A stretch of 38,862 nucleotides of DNA from positions 1-38,862 of the forward strand of contig CAZYYI010000002.1 in the NCBI GenBank assembly GCA_964651835.1, given 5' to 3'. The translations under genes were made by a program, and so were the position numbers. The notes below the pieces were generated by a model. That model made no database searches, had not been told where the DNA came from, and was given only the letters and a program-made list of their open reading frames with translations. Shown piece after piece: positions 26,565 to 34,697 of the stretch. Within the stretch, counting starts at the first letter, position 1. Every line of letters starts with the position of its first letter. This stretch comes from an uncultured Lachnospiraceae bacterium (GTDB taxonomy: Bacteria > Bacillota > Clostridia > Christensenellales > UBA1242).

Positions 26565-28403
26565 ATGGATAATAAAGAAAAACTTTTAATTGCTAGAATT
26601 GTTGTATCAGCAGTTTTGCTTATATTAACACTATTTTCATTTTTAAATGATTTAGCTAAACTTATTATGAATATAGTTGCATTTGTAATAATTAGCTACG
26701 ATATTTTGATTGAGCTTGTGGTTGGTATTTTTAAAAAGGAATTTGAAAGCGAAAAATTTTTAATGCTGATTGCAAGTATTGGTGCGTTTTGCATTAATGA
26801 ATATCACGAGGCTGTTGCAGTTATGCTACTTTACCAGCTTGGAGAATTTTTGCAAGACAAAGCAGTGGATAAAAGTAAAGACTCAATTGTTAAACTTATG
26901 GACATTAGACCAGACTATGCTAATGTTATTCGTGATGGAAATATTTTAAAAGTAAGCCCTCAAGATGTGAAAGTTGGCGAAACAATAATAATTTATGCCG
27001 GTGAAAAAATTTCACTTGATGGAAAAATTTTAGAAGGTTCAACCAGCCTAGACACCTCTGCCCTAACTGGCGAAAGTTTACCTGCTGATGTGACTGAAGG
27101 TGACAATGTGCTTTCTGGTTCAGTTAACTTAACCGGTACTATTAAGGTTGAAGTTACCACCACTTACGGCGAATCAACTGTTGCAAAAATAATTGAAATT
27201 GTCAGCAATAGTGAGAAAAACCAAGCAAAATCACAAAAATTTATATCAAAATTTGCAAAAATCTATACACCAGTGGTTGTTGGATTAGCAGTACTCATTG
27301 CAATTTTGCCACCAATAATTATTGGGGGCGAATGGTTTACCTGGCTTGAGCGTGCTTTGATGATGCTTGTTATATCTTGCCCTTGTGCCTTAGTTATATC
27401 TATTCCACTTACCTTTTTTGCAGGCATTGGCGGAGCGTCAAGAAACGGAATTTTGGTTAAAGGTGCAAACTTTATTGAAGCTCTTTCTAAATGTACTTGT
27501 ATAGCATTTGACAAGACTGGAACTCTCACCAAAGGTAATTTTAAAGTTACTAAAGTTATAGCTAATGGAGTTAGTGAAGATGAACTACTAGAACTTGCAG
27601 CTGCCGCAGAAACTGAGTCATCACACCCAATAGCAATGGCAATTAAAAATGAAATAAAAACTTTATCTAAACTAAAACCAACATCAACCTCTACCCTTGC
27701 GGGTTTTGGTGTTAAAGCTATCATCAATAAAAAAACAATTTTGGTTGGTAGCTTTAAACTTATGCAAGAAAGTAGCATTGAAGCAGAACAAGTTGATGAT
27801 ACTGGCACTATTATCTATATTGCACGAGAACAGGATTATCTTGGTGCAATAGTTATTGAAGATGAAATAAAAGAAACCGCAATAGATGGCCTAGCAGCAT
27901 TGAAAAATGTAAATGTTAATAAAACATTAATGCTAACTGGTGATAAAAAATCTGTAGCTTACTCAGTTGCTGAAAAACTTAAAATTGATGATTGTTACTA
28001 TGAACTTTTGCCAGAGGACAAAGCCAAAATTTTGGCAGAAACAAAAAATAACAATAAAGGCAAAATTGCTTTTATTGGTGATGGCATAAACGATGCCCCT
28101 GCTTTTAAAACTGCTGACATAGGTATTGCGATGGGATTAAACGGCAGTGATGTTGCAGTTGAAGCCGCTGATGTTTTGGTTATGAATGATGACTTAAACA
28201 AACTCAGCACTATGATTAAACAATCTCAAAAGACAATGCGCATTGCAAAACAAAATATTATCTTTTCAATAGCATTCAAAGTTTTAATGCTTACACTTGG
28301 TGCTTTTGGATTAATCAATATGTGGCTTGCAGTGCTTGCAGATGTTGGCGTTGCACTGCTTGCTGTACTCAACGCCCTAAGAGCAATGAGAAAAATAAAA
28401 TAA
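26565..28403 (+). CDS. cadA: heavy-metal (Cd/Zn/Co-type) P1B-type ATPase lacking an N-terminal HMA domain
   Basis: CPC motif (VISCPCALVIS), FDKTGTLT, GDGINDAPA. The protein starts directly with TM helices. It begins 4 nt after the cadC-like stop. Confidence 0.8.
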   Translation: MDNKEKLLIARIVVSAVLLILTLFSFLNDLAKLIMNIVAFVIISYDILIELVVGIFKKEFESEKFLMLIASIGAFCINEYHEAVAVMLLYQLGEFLQDKAVDKSKDSIVKLMDIRPDYANVIRDGNILKVSPQDVKVGETIIIYAGEKISLDGKILEGSTSLDTSALTGESLPADVTEGDNVLSGSVNLTGTIKVEVTTTYGESTVAKIIEIVSNSEKNQAKSQKFISKFAKIYTPVVVGLAVLIAILPPIIIGGEWFTWLERALMMLVISCPCALVISIPLTFFAGIGGASRNGILVKGANFIEALSKCTCIAFDKTGTLTKGNFKVTKVIANGVSEDELLELAAAAETESSHPIAMAIKNEIKTLSKLKPTSTSTLAGFGVKAIINKKTILVGSFKLMQESSIEAEQVDDTGTIIYIAREQDYLGAIVIEDEIKETAIDGLAALKNVNVNKTLMLTGDKKSVAYSVAEKLKIDDCYYELLPEDKAKILAETKNNNKGKIAFIGDGINDAPAFKTADIGIAMGLNGSDVAVEAADVLVMNDDLNKLSTMIKQSQKTMRIAKQNIIFSIAFKVLMLTLGAFGLINMWLAVLADVGVALLAVLNALRAMRKIK

Positions 28404-28413
28404 AAAGTATAAT

Positions 28414-28445
28414 AAAAATCCAAGGCAGCCAAACTTGGATTTTTT
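28414..28445. terminator. bidirectional intrinsic terminator
   Basis: AAAAATCCAAG-GCAGCCAAA-CTTGGATTTTT between the convergent cadA-like and copA genes. Confidence 0.7.
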
Positions 28446-28464
28446 ATTTTATTATAAACAAAAG

Positions 28465-28674
28465 TTATTTGATTTCTGTAACTGTGTAGCCAGCCTCTTC
28501 AACTGCACTAATAATAGTTTTATCATCAACATCTTTTGTAAGTTTAATAATTGCTTGGTTTTGTTCCAAACTAACTAGAGCTTCGCTTACGCCATCAATT
28601 TTTTCAAGTGCTGACTTTGTATGACCCACGCAGTGCATACAAACCATACCTTCAATTTTAATTGTTTTAGTCAT
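28465..28674 (-). other. CopZ-like HMA module in frame within the copA 3' end, with its own SD and ATG
   Basis: AAGGAGG (28689-28683), 8-nt spacer, ATG (28674-28672). Translation: MTKTIKIEGMVCMHCVGHTKSALEKIDGVSEALVSLEQNQAIIKLTKDVDDKTIISAVEEAGYTVTEIK. Confidence 0.5.
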
Positions 28675-31077
28675 AACTTTATCCTCCTTTAACTTATTAT
28701 ATTCATTATTATTTTTGTCATCAACTATAATTTTATCATTATTTTTGATATTTTTTGCAGTTTTTTGTTTTGGTTTGAAAAAGTTTAATCTTAAAGCATT
28801 AAGTACCACACAAACTGAACTAAAGCTCATTGCAAGCGAACCTATCATTGGGCTTAATTGCCAGCCAAATACTGAATAGAATACTCCTGCCGCAAGAGGT
28901 ATGCCAAGTATATTATAGAAAAACGCCCAAAATAAATTCATTTTAATATTATTAATAGTAGCCCTTGAAAGTTCAATAGCTGTGCTTATTCCACCAAGTG
29001 ATGAACCAGTTAGCACTATATCTGCAGACTCAATTGCTATATCACTTCCGCTGCTAACAGCAATGCCCACATCTGCTTTAGAGAGTGCTGGAGAGTCATT
29101 TATGCCATCACCCACCATTGCAACCTTGTAGCCAAGCTCTTGATATTTTTTAACTACACTCAGTTTTTCATCTGGCAAAACATCTGACACAACTTCAGTT
29201 ATACCAACCTCTTTCGCAATAGATGTTGCAATCAACTTGTTATCACCAGTAAGCATAACTACTTTTAAATTTTTGTCTAATAGCTTTTGTATTGCAATTT
29301 TGCTATCTTCTTTTATTTTATCTGAAATTGATACAATACCTTGCAATTTTTTGTTCTTTACAAATATGATTGAAGTTTTACCTTCACTGCCAAATTTATT
29401 GGTATGTTCATTTACCCAAGCCAAATCTATACTTTTTAACAAATCTTTAGTTTCTAAAAGTTTTAAATTTCCTGCATAGTACATTTCACCATCAATTTTT
29501 GCACACACGCCCTTGCCAGCAATTTCTTCAAAATTATTAGTTTTTACATTATCATTTTGCAAATCATTAATTTCAGAAACAATTGCTTTTGCAAGTGGAT
29601 GACTGCTTAACGCTTCAAGTTTTGCTAGGTCTTGCAAAAATTTATTTTCATCTATACTTTTATCAAATATAGCAACATCTCTAACAGTAGGTTTGCCGAT
29701 TGTTATTGTGCCAGTCTTATCCAATATGATTGTGTCTATGCTATGCAGTTTTTCCAAACTTTCGGCAGACTTGATTAGCAAACCAAGGCTGGCCGCTCTG
29801 CCAGTAGAAACCATAATAGCAACCGGGGTTGCAAGCCCAAGTGCACACGGACAAGATATAACAAGCACTGCTACCGCACAGGTTAGCGCAAAACCAAAAG
29901 TAGCACCAGCAATAAGCCAAACAACAAACGTGAGCAAAGCAATGCACATAACAATTGGAACAAACCAACCGCTAACTTTATCTGCTATTCTTGAAATAGG
30001 TGCTTTAGTGCTACTAGCTTCTTCAACCAGCCTAATGATTTTTGCAAGAGTAGTATTTTTGCCAACGCTTGTAGCACGCATTTTGAAACTACCATTTTCA
30101 CAGACGCTTGCAGACATAACTGGCTCGCCCACTATCTTTTTTACTGAATTAGATTCGCCAGTAATTGCCGCTTGATTTAACCTGCCTTCACCCTCAACAA
30201 CAACTCCATCAACAACAAGGGTGTCACCTGTTTTAATCACCAAAATGTCATCTGTTAAAATTTCATCAGCTTTTATAGTAACTTCTTTCCCGTCCCTTAG
30301 AACTATTGCAGTTTTTGGTGCTAAGTTCATAAGTTTTTGAATGGCAGATGTTGTTTTAATTTTAGATTTACTTTCAAAAAACTTACCAAGTGAAACCAGT
30401 GTGAGTATTGTGGCTGCAGATTCAAAATAAAGCGAATGAGCATATGACAAGGCTGAATCAAATTTTCCGTGCCCAATATCAAAAGCTAATATAAAAAGTA
30501 TTACAATGCTATATATATAAGATGCTCCTGCTCCAACAGCAACCAAACTATCCATATTAGGTGAACGATGAATTATTGCTTTAAAGCCTGAAACAAAGAA
30601 TTTTTTATTTATTATGATTATTGCTGTGCAAAGTATGAGCTGAGCAAGTGCCAAAATTAAAGCGTTTTCTTTACCTTCAAAAAACCAAAAATTAGGAGCA
30701 CCTAGCATATGAGCCATAGCAATATAAAGCAATGGCACAAGTAATATAAATGAAATTATTACTCTTAATTTAAGTTTTTTACAAGCAAGCTTTTGGCTAT
30801 CTATTGCTGTTTTAAAACTGCTACTTTCAGCTGGCTCAGCATCATTTTTATTATCATTATTTGTGCCAGCAACAGTTGCGCCATATCCAGCTGATTCAAC
30901 AGCAGCAATTATCTTATCATTATCAGTTTTGCTTTCATCAAAAACTACTTCCATACTGCCAGTAAGCAAATTTACATTTGCTTCTTGCACTCCAGAAGTT
31001 TTATTAACAGCTTTAGTTACGCTACGCTCACAAGCTGAACACGTCATTCCAGTAACATAAAACTTTTGCTTTTTCAT
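28465..31077 (-). CDS. copA: copper-translocating P1B-type ATPase with N-terminal and C-terminal HMA domains
   Basis: N-terminal GMTCSACERSV, CPC (VISCPCALGLATP), LDKTGTIT, GDGINDSPA. C-terminal 69 aa form a complete HMA fold with GMVCMHCVGH. Confidence 0.9.
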   Translation of the reverse strand: MKKQKFYVTGMTCSACERSVTKAVNKTSGVQEANVNLLTGSMEVVFDESKTDNDKIIAAVESAGYGATVAGTNNDNKNDAEPAESSSFKTAIDSQKLACKKLKLRVIISFILLVPLLYIAMAHMLGAPNFWFFEGKENALILALAQLILCTAIIIINKKFFVSGFKAIIHRSPNMDSLVAVGAGASYIYSIVILFILAFDIGHGKFDSALSYAHSLYFESAATILTLVSLGKFFESKSKIKTTSAIQKLMNLAPKTAIVLRDGKEVTIKADEILTDDILVIKTGDTLVVDGVVVEGEGRLNQAAITGESNSVKKIVGEPVMSASVCENGSFKMRATSVGKNTTLAKIIRLVEEASSTKAPISRIADKVSGWFVPIVMCIALLTFVVWLIAGATFGFALTCAVAVLVISCPCALGLATPVAIMVSTGRAASLGLLIKSAESLEKLHSIDTIILDKTGTITIGKPTVRDVAIFDKSIDENKFLQDLAKLEALSSHPLAKAIVSEINDLQNDNVKTNNFEEIAGKGVCAKIDGEMYYAGNLKLLETKDLLKSIDLAWVNEHTNKFGSEGKTSIIFVKNKKLQGIVSISDKIKEDSKIAIQKLLDKNLKVVMLTGDNKLIATSIAKEVGITEVVSDVLPDEKLSVVKKYQELGYKVAMVGDGINDSPALSKADVGIAVSSGSDIAIESADIVLTGSSLGGISTAIELSRATINNIKMNLFWAFFYNILGIPLAAGVFYSVFGWQLSPMIGSLAMSFSSVCVVLNALRLNFFKPKQKTAKNIKNNDKIIVDDKNNNEYNKLKEDKVMTKTIKIEGMVCMHCVGHTKSALEKIDGVSEALVSLEQNQAIIKLTKDVDDKTIISAVEEAGYTVTEIK

Positions 31078-31160
31078 ATTTTCTCCTTTAAATTATAAAA
31101 AAATTTTTGCCAAACTTTAGCAAAAACTTTTTCTTACGTAACAACTAAAAATATATAAAA

Positions 31161-31532
31161 TTACAATAATTTTTTATACATATCAATAACTTCTGGCAAA
31201 AGTGATTTATCATTATTTTTAATTTTGTCAGTAACAGTTGTTTCAAGAAAATCTTGATAAACTAAAACCGCTACCATTTGAATATCTTTTTCACAAGCTT
31301 TAAGCTGTGTTAAAATATCAGTAGTGTATCTATTGTCATCAATCATCTTTTTTACGCCATTGATTTGACCAATAGCCTTGTTAAGTTTTGCTTGCAAGCT
31401 TTTGATAGCAGCTTCACTTCTCTGTTGATGTTTAACAACATAGCCATTTTCACGGCTTGCACCATTATAAACTTCACCAACTGCATATTCTGAATTTTGA
31501 ACAGTTGTTGTTTTGCTTTTTGTATTTGCCAT
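31161..31532 (-). CDS. CsoR/RcnR-family (DUF156) regulator lacking canonical metal ligands
   Basis: LQAKLNKAIGQINGVKKMIDDNRYTTDILTQLKACEKDIQMVAVLVYQDFLETTV aligns with the CsoR core (RL.RIEGQ..G...M......C.D.L.Q.....H...C). Start set to ATG 31532 (MANTKSK, GGGGG SD). Confidence 0.7.
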   Translation of the reverse strand: MANTKSKTTTVQNSEYAVGEVYNGASRENGYVVKHQQRSEAAIKSLQAKLNKAIGQINGVKKMIDDNRYTTDILTQLKACEKDIQMVAVLVYQDFLETTVTDKIKNNDKSLLPEVIDMYKKLL

Positions 31533-31537
31533 TTTAA

Positions 31538-31594
31538 ATACCCCCATACCCGTACATCTATTTTAATAATACTTTAAATTAATAATCTTGTCAA
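31538..31594 (-). promoter_or_regulatory. promoter plus G/C-rich box in the 5' UTR of the csoR-like gene
   Basis: On the minus strand: TTGACA (31594-31589), 17-nt spacer, TATTAT (31571-31566), then GTACGGGTATGGGGGTAT (31555-31538) just before the ATG. Confidence 0.5.
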
Positions 31595-31660
31595 TAATAA
31601 AAAATTGATTTTACATAATAATTTTGATAAAATTACAAATAATATTAGAAAGGACAAATT

Positions 31661-32134
31661 ATGTTATTAAAAATTGCAATGTGCTTTCTATTTTTGTTTG
31701 GAGGATTTATGACTGAAAAATCAGATTTTAACAGCTTAAATGATGCTTTTAAAAGTGCGACAAGTATAGTGGTTTATGATGATAACACAAGCACCACTTT
31801 GAGTAAGGGCGACGATAAATATGAAGAGATACTTTTATCACTTGAATCTATTATCAAAGGTGCTCATGAGATGCCAGCTTTTAGTGTGAGTTTAGATGAA
31901 GAGACCAGAAAAGAACTTAAAAAAGGTTTTTGGATTGAACTTGTTTTTGATACTGAAAAATTTTACGGAGGTATGAATTTTGATAAACTTTTAATCAGTA
32001 TCAAACCTGAAAATTCTGGTTTTAACATAATAAGGCATAATAATGGCAAATACGACGGCAGATGTTTCTATTTGGATTTAGATGGAACAATGAAACCCGT
32101 TTTTGACAAAGTAATCGAAATTTCTAAAAATTAA
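31661..32134 (+). CDS. hypothetical protein
   Basis: ORF with two plausible starts. ATG 31661 (AAAGGA SD) gives a hydrophobic N-terminus, MLLKIAMCFLFLFGGF. ATG 31709 (GGAGG SD) gives a soluble 141-aa product. No recognisable motifs. Confidence 0.55.
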   Translation: MLLKIAMCFLFLFGGFMTEKSDFNSLNDAFKSATSIVVYDDNTSTTLSKGDDKYEEILLSLESIIKGAHEMPAFSVSLDEETRKELKKGFWIELVFDTEKFYGGMNFDKLLISIKPENSGFNIIRHNNGKYDGRCFYLDLDGTMKPVFDKVIEISKN

Positions 32135-32159
32135 TTGCGAATTTATCGCAATTTTTTTT
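32133..32159 (+). terminator. intrinsic terminator
   Basis: AATTGCGA-ATTTA-TCGCAATT followed by a T-run. It overlaps the stop codon. Confidence 0.6.
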
Positions 32160-32238
32160 AATTAAATTTTTCAAAACCTCTTTACGAAACTTAACCTTTA
32201 TGTTATAATCCATAGGTAAACAAAATTAGAGGTGACAT

Positions 32239-33018
32239 ATGGTTAAGAAAAACAATTTATCTGTTCTTAGTAAATTAGAAAAAGTGCATGAATACATAAA
32301 GCAATTGATAGCTGATGAAATTTTGCCTAACGATAAAAAATTGCTAAATCACTATATCATTGATATTAGATGTAATTTGACTAGTGCAGATATTATATAT
32401 AGATATATGACAGAAGTTTTTGTTGAAGACAGCAAACCTAAAACTGCCAAGCAAAATGCTTATAAAAAATTAGCTAGCAAAGAATATTTTAAATGCTCAA
32501 ACGACTATGATAATCTTGCAAGACTTTTAACTGAAGATAAACCATATTATGAAGGTGGTATATTTGCGAACGGCATTTATTGTTCTGAAAATCTTAATGC
32601 TGCTAATAAACGTTACAAAGATTATAATGATGATGGTAGCGAGCCTTGCCATTTAAAATTTAAATTAAATTCAAACCGAATTATCAGCAAAGATGAATTA
32701 TATAATGAATTTGTATGTCTATCAAATGGTCAAACTTCTATGGACAGTTTCCTTCATGATAGAGAAAATGAACTTGCAATGTTTTTGGTAAAAATTACAG
32801 ATGATGACATTTTTGATAGCAACTTGTTTATAAACTTATTAGAGAATGATGCCGGAAAACTTGGTCTTATTCTTGGTTTTGATGCAATTGATGTTGAAAA
32901 TAATGGTGAAAATATTGCAATTTTAAACCCAGGCAAAATCGTTGTTAATAGCTCAGAATTTGACAGAGTTTGTGAAAGTTCAGATTCTTTCAGCGACTAT
33001 GCTTCACAAAAACAATAG
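32239..33018 (+). CDS. hypothetical protein (259 aa)
   Basis: AGAGGTG SD and a TGtTATAAT extended -10 upstream. No TM segments and no motif I can assign. Confidence 0.6.
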   Translation: MVKKNNLSVLSKLEKVHEYIKQLIADEILPNDKKLLNHYIIDIRCNLTSADIIYRYMTEVFVEDSKPKTAKQNAYKKLASKEYFKCSNDYDNLARLLTEDKPYYEGGIFANGIYCSENLNAANKRYKDYNDDGSEPCHLKFKLNSNRIISKDELYNEFVCLSNGQTSMDSFLHDRENELAMFLVKITDDDIFDSNLFINLLENDAGKLGLILGFDAIDVENNGENIAILNPGKIVVNSSEFDRVCESSDSFSDYASQKQ

Positions 33019-33027
33019 TAAAAAAAT

Positions 33028-33056
33028 AAAAATATAAGCATTTCTGCTTATATTTT
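33028..33056. terminator. bidirectional intrinsic terminator
   Basis: AAAATATAAGCA-TTTC-TGCTTATATTTT between convergent genes. Confidence 0.65.
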
Positions 33057-34684
33057 TATTTTGCTATTTTTTCATTTTCTTTTTTATCTTTATCTTCAAT
33101 AACATCAAATACCGAACAATGTATACCAAAGCCAGTAAGTCCAATACCCACAATTGCAAAAATTAATGATACCGGAAGCAATATCCACGGTGTTCTTAAA
33201 TCATCAAACACAATATCTGGGTTAGTTTTATCTATATATACTTTTATTGTATCACCTTGATTTGGGGCAAGCTCTGGGCTTTGACCATATGATATATGTT
33301 TTTCATAAGTCTCGCCGTTATACTCATAAGTATAATCATAAACTGCTAAAAGATTTCCCTTTTTGTTATAATAAGTTTCAACCCTTGTGACAGTTGCTGT
33401 TACCTCTTGCATATTTCTGGTTTTTGCTAAAGGAATAATACTTGTAGTTATTAATACAACAATACCTACACCAGCAAACAGTAATCCTGCAAACAGCATA
33501 CCTAAGCTTTCCTTAGAAAAACTTATCCTCTTTTTGCATTTTTCTTTTTTCTTAGTTTTTTTTTCTGTTGGTTTTCCATCTACTAATGTATCATTTTGGC
33601 TAACTTCAATATTCTTAACTTTATTATTGCTATTTTGATTATCAATACTTTTCCTGCCAAACACCTCTTTATAAGTATTTTTATAATCTTTGCGCACATG
33701 AATTGCAGCAGAAATATTTACAAATAGTTCTTTTATTCCAAAGCCAAATAGTAATAATCCTACAGCAGCAAAACACAAACAAGCAGCAACAGATGTTCCA
33801 CTACAAGCAAGAATATAAAATGGCAACCCACTTGCAAGTGCTGACGCAGTTATAAAACTTACACCAAACAGCATAAACAAAAAGCCCATAAACATTGCGG
33901 CAATTGATGATACTTTATCAACCACACCAAGACACGCCAAAGCAATAAATATTCCAAAAACTAAAAATAATGTTGCACCAAAGTAAGTCATTACACAGTC
34001 AGACGGACAATATATAATTTCTGGATTAGACCTATTAACATAAATTGTAGTTTTTGAGCCATCTTTGAACTGAATAGCTCCATAACTTGCACCGCTTTGT
34101 GAAATATAATATTCGCCATCTACCTCATAAACATATCTAGGCACACCTTCATTAATGTCTGTTTGAACAAACTTTACTGTTGCTTCAACTGGTATGTTTG
34201 ATGAACTCTTGATCTTGCTACTTGAATTAGCCCCCAAAAGAAATAATGGAATATAACCAATTCCACATGCAATAAATAGTGCCAAAGCACCACAAATTCT
34301 CTTTAATTTTTCTGCATCAATTTTAAATTTTAATTTATTTTTTATAGAACTTTTTTTGTACTCTTTTTCATATTCTTTTATTTCTTGATCACTATATTTT
34401 TCTTCATAAAACTTAGCATAATTTTTTAGTTTTTCATAATATACAGGATTATTTTTAGAAACACTTTTTTTAGTTTTCTTATCTTGATTAAAACTTGCTT
34501 TAAGTATAAAACTAAAAATCATGCAAAATATTCCACAAACAACTAAAGTTAAAACAGCATTTACAATTGAAGTTACAGAAAAAGAATAAAAGGCGAAGTT
34601 ACCTACTACGCCATATATTCCACAAATTGCAAAAAATATTATTAGTAATAAAACCACTAATTGATAAAATTTAAACTTTTTCAT
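33056..34684 (-). CDS. polytopic membrane protein with two copies of a beta-rich module (DUF3592-like)
   Basis: Internal repeat: VEATVKFVQ..YVYEVDGEYY..TIYVNRSNPEIIY versus VTATVTRVE..YDYTYEYNGETYE..IKVYIDKTNPDIVF. Each copy is flanked by TM helices. Lys-rich cytoplasmic linkers. Confidence 0.6.
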   Translation of the reverse strand: MKKFKFYQLVVLLLIIFFAICGIYGVVGNFAFYSFSVTSIVNAVLTLVVCGIFCMIFSFILKASFNQDKKTKKSVSKNNPVYYEKLKNYAKFYEEKYSDQEIKEYEKEYKKSSIKNKLKFKIDAEKLKRICGALALFIACGIGYIPLFLLGANSSSKIKSSSNIPVEATVKFVQTDINEGVPRYVYEVDGEYYISQSGASYGAIQFKDGSKTTIYVNRSNPEIIYCPSDCVMTYFGATLFLVFGIFIALACLGVVDKVSSIAAMFMGFLFMLFGVSFITASALASGLPFYILACSGTSVAACLCFAAVGLLLFGFGIKELFVNISAAIHVRKDYKNTYKEVFGRKSIDNQNSNNKVKNIEVSQNDTLVDGKPTEKKTKKKEKCKKRISFSKESLGMLFAGLLFAGVGIVVLITTSIIPLAKTRNMQEVTATVTRVETYYNKKGNLLAVYDYTYEYNGETYEKHISYGQSPELAPNQGDTIKVYIDKTNPDIVFDDLRTPWILLPVSLIFAIVGIGLTGFGIHCSVFDVIEDKDKKENEKIAK

Positions 34685-34697
34685 CTTAGTCCTATAT

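Noticed and set aside
27263-27808. 181-aa ORF antisense to the cadA-like gene. The same applies to similar antisense or out-of-frame ORFs in the track: 14889-15278, 16128-16466, 20236-20607, 29693-30175, 22990-23304, 1270-1617 and 8419-8718.
   Set aside because: They lie wholly inside, or run through, strongly supported genes or intergenic promoters. They have no SD and give low-complexity Ser/Ala/Leu-rich translations typical of the reverse frame of AT-rich genes. No motifs are present.
31078-31160. Intrinsic terminator or attenuator between the csoR-like gene and copA (TTTTTGC..GCAAAAA followed by a T-run).
   Set aside because: The stem is almost entirely A:T with only two G:C pairs, which is too weak to call. 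I could not define a convincing separate copA promoter either.
26000-31600. The metal-resistance cluster as a mobile island.
   Set aside because: No transposase, integrase, flanking repeats or obvious compositional break are visible. The genes are separated by ordinary terminators, so I cannot support mobility from the sequence alone.
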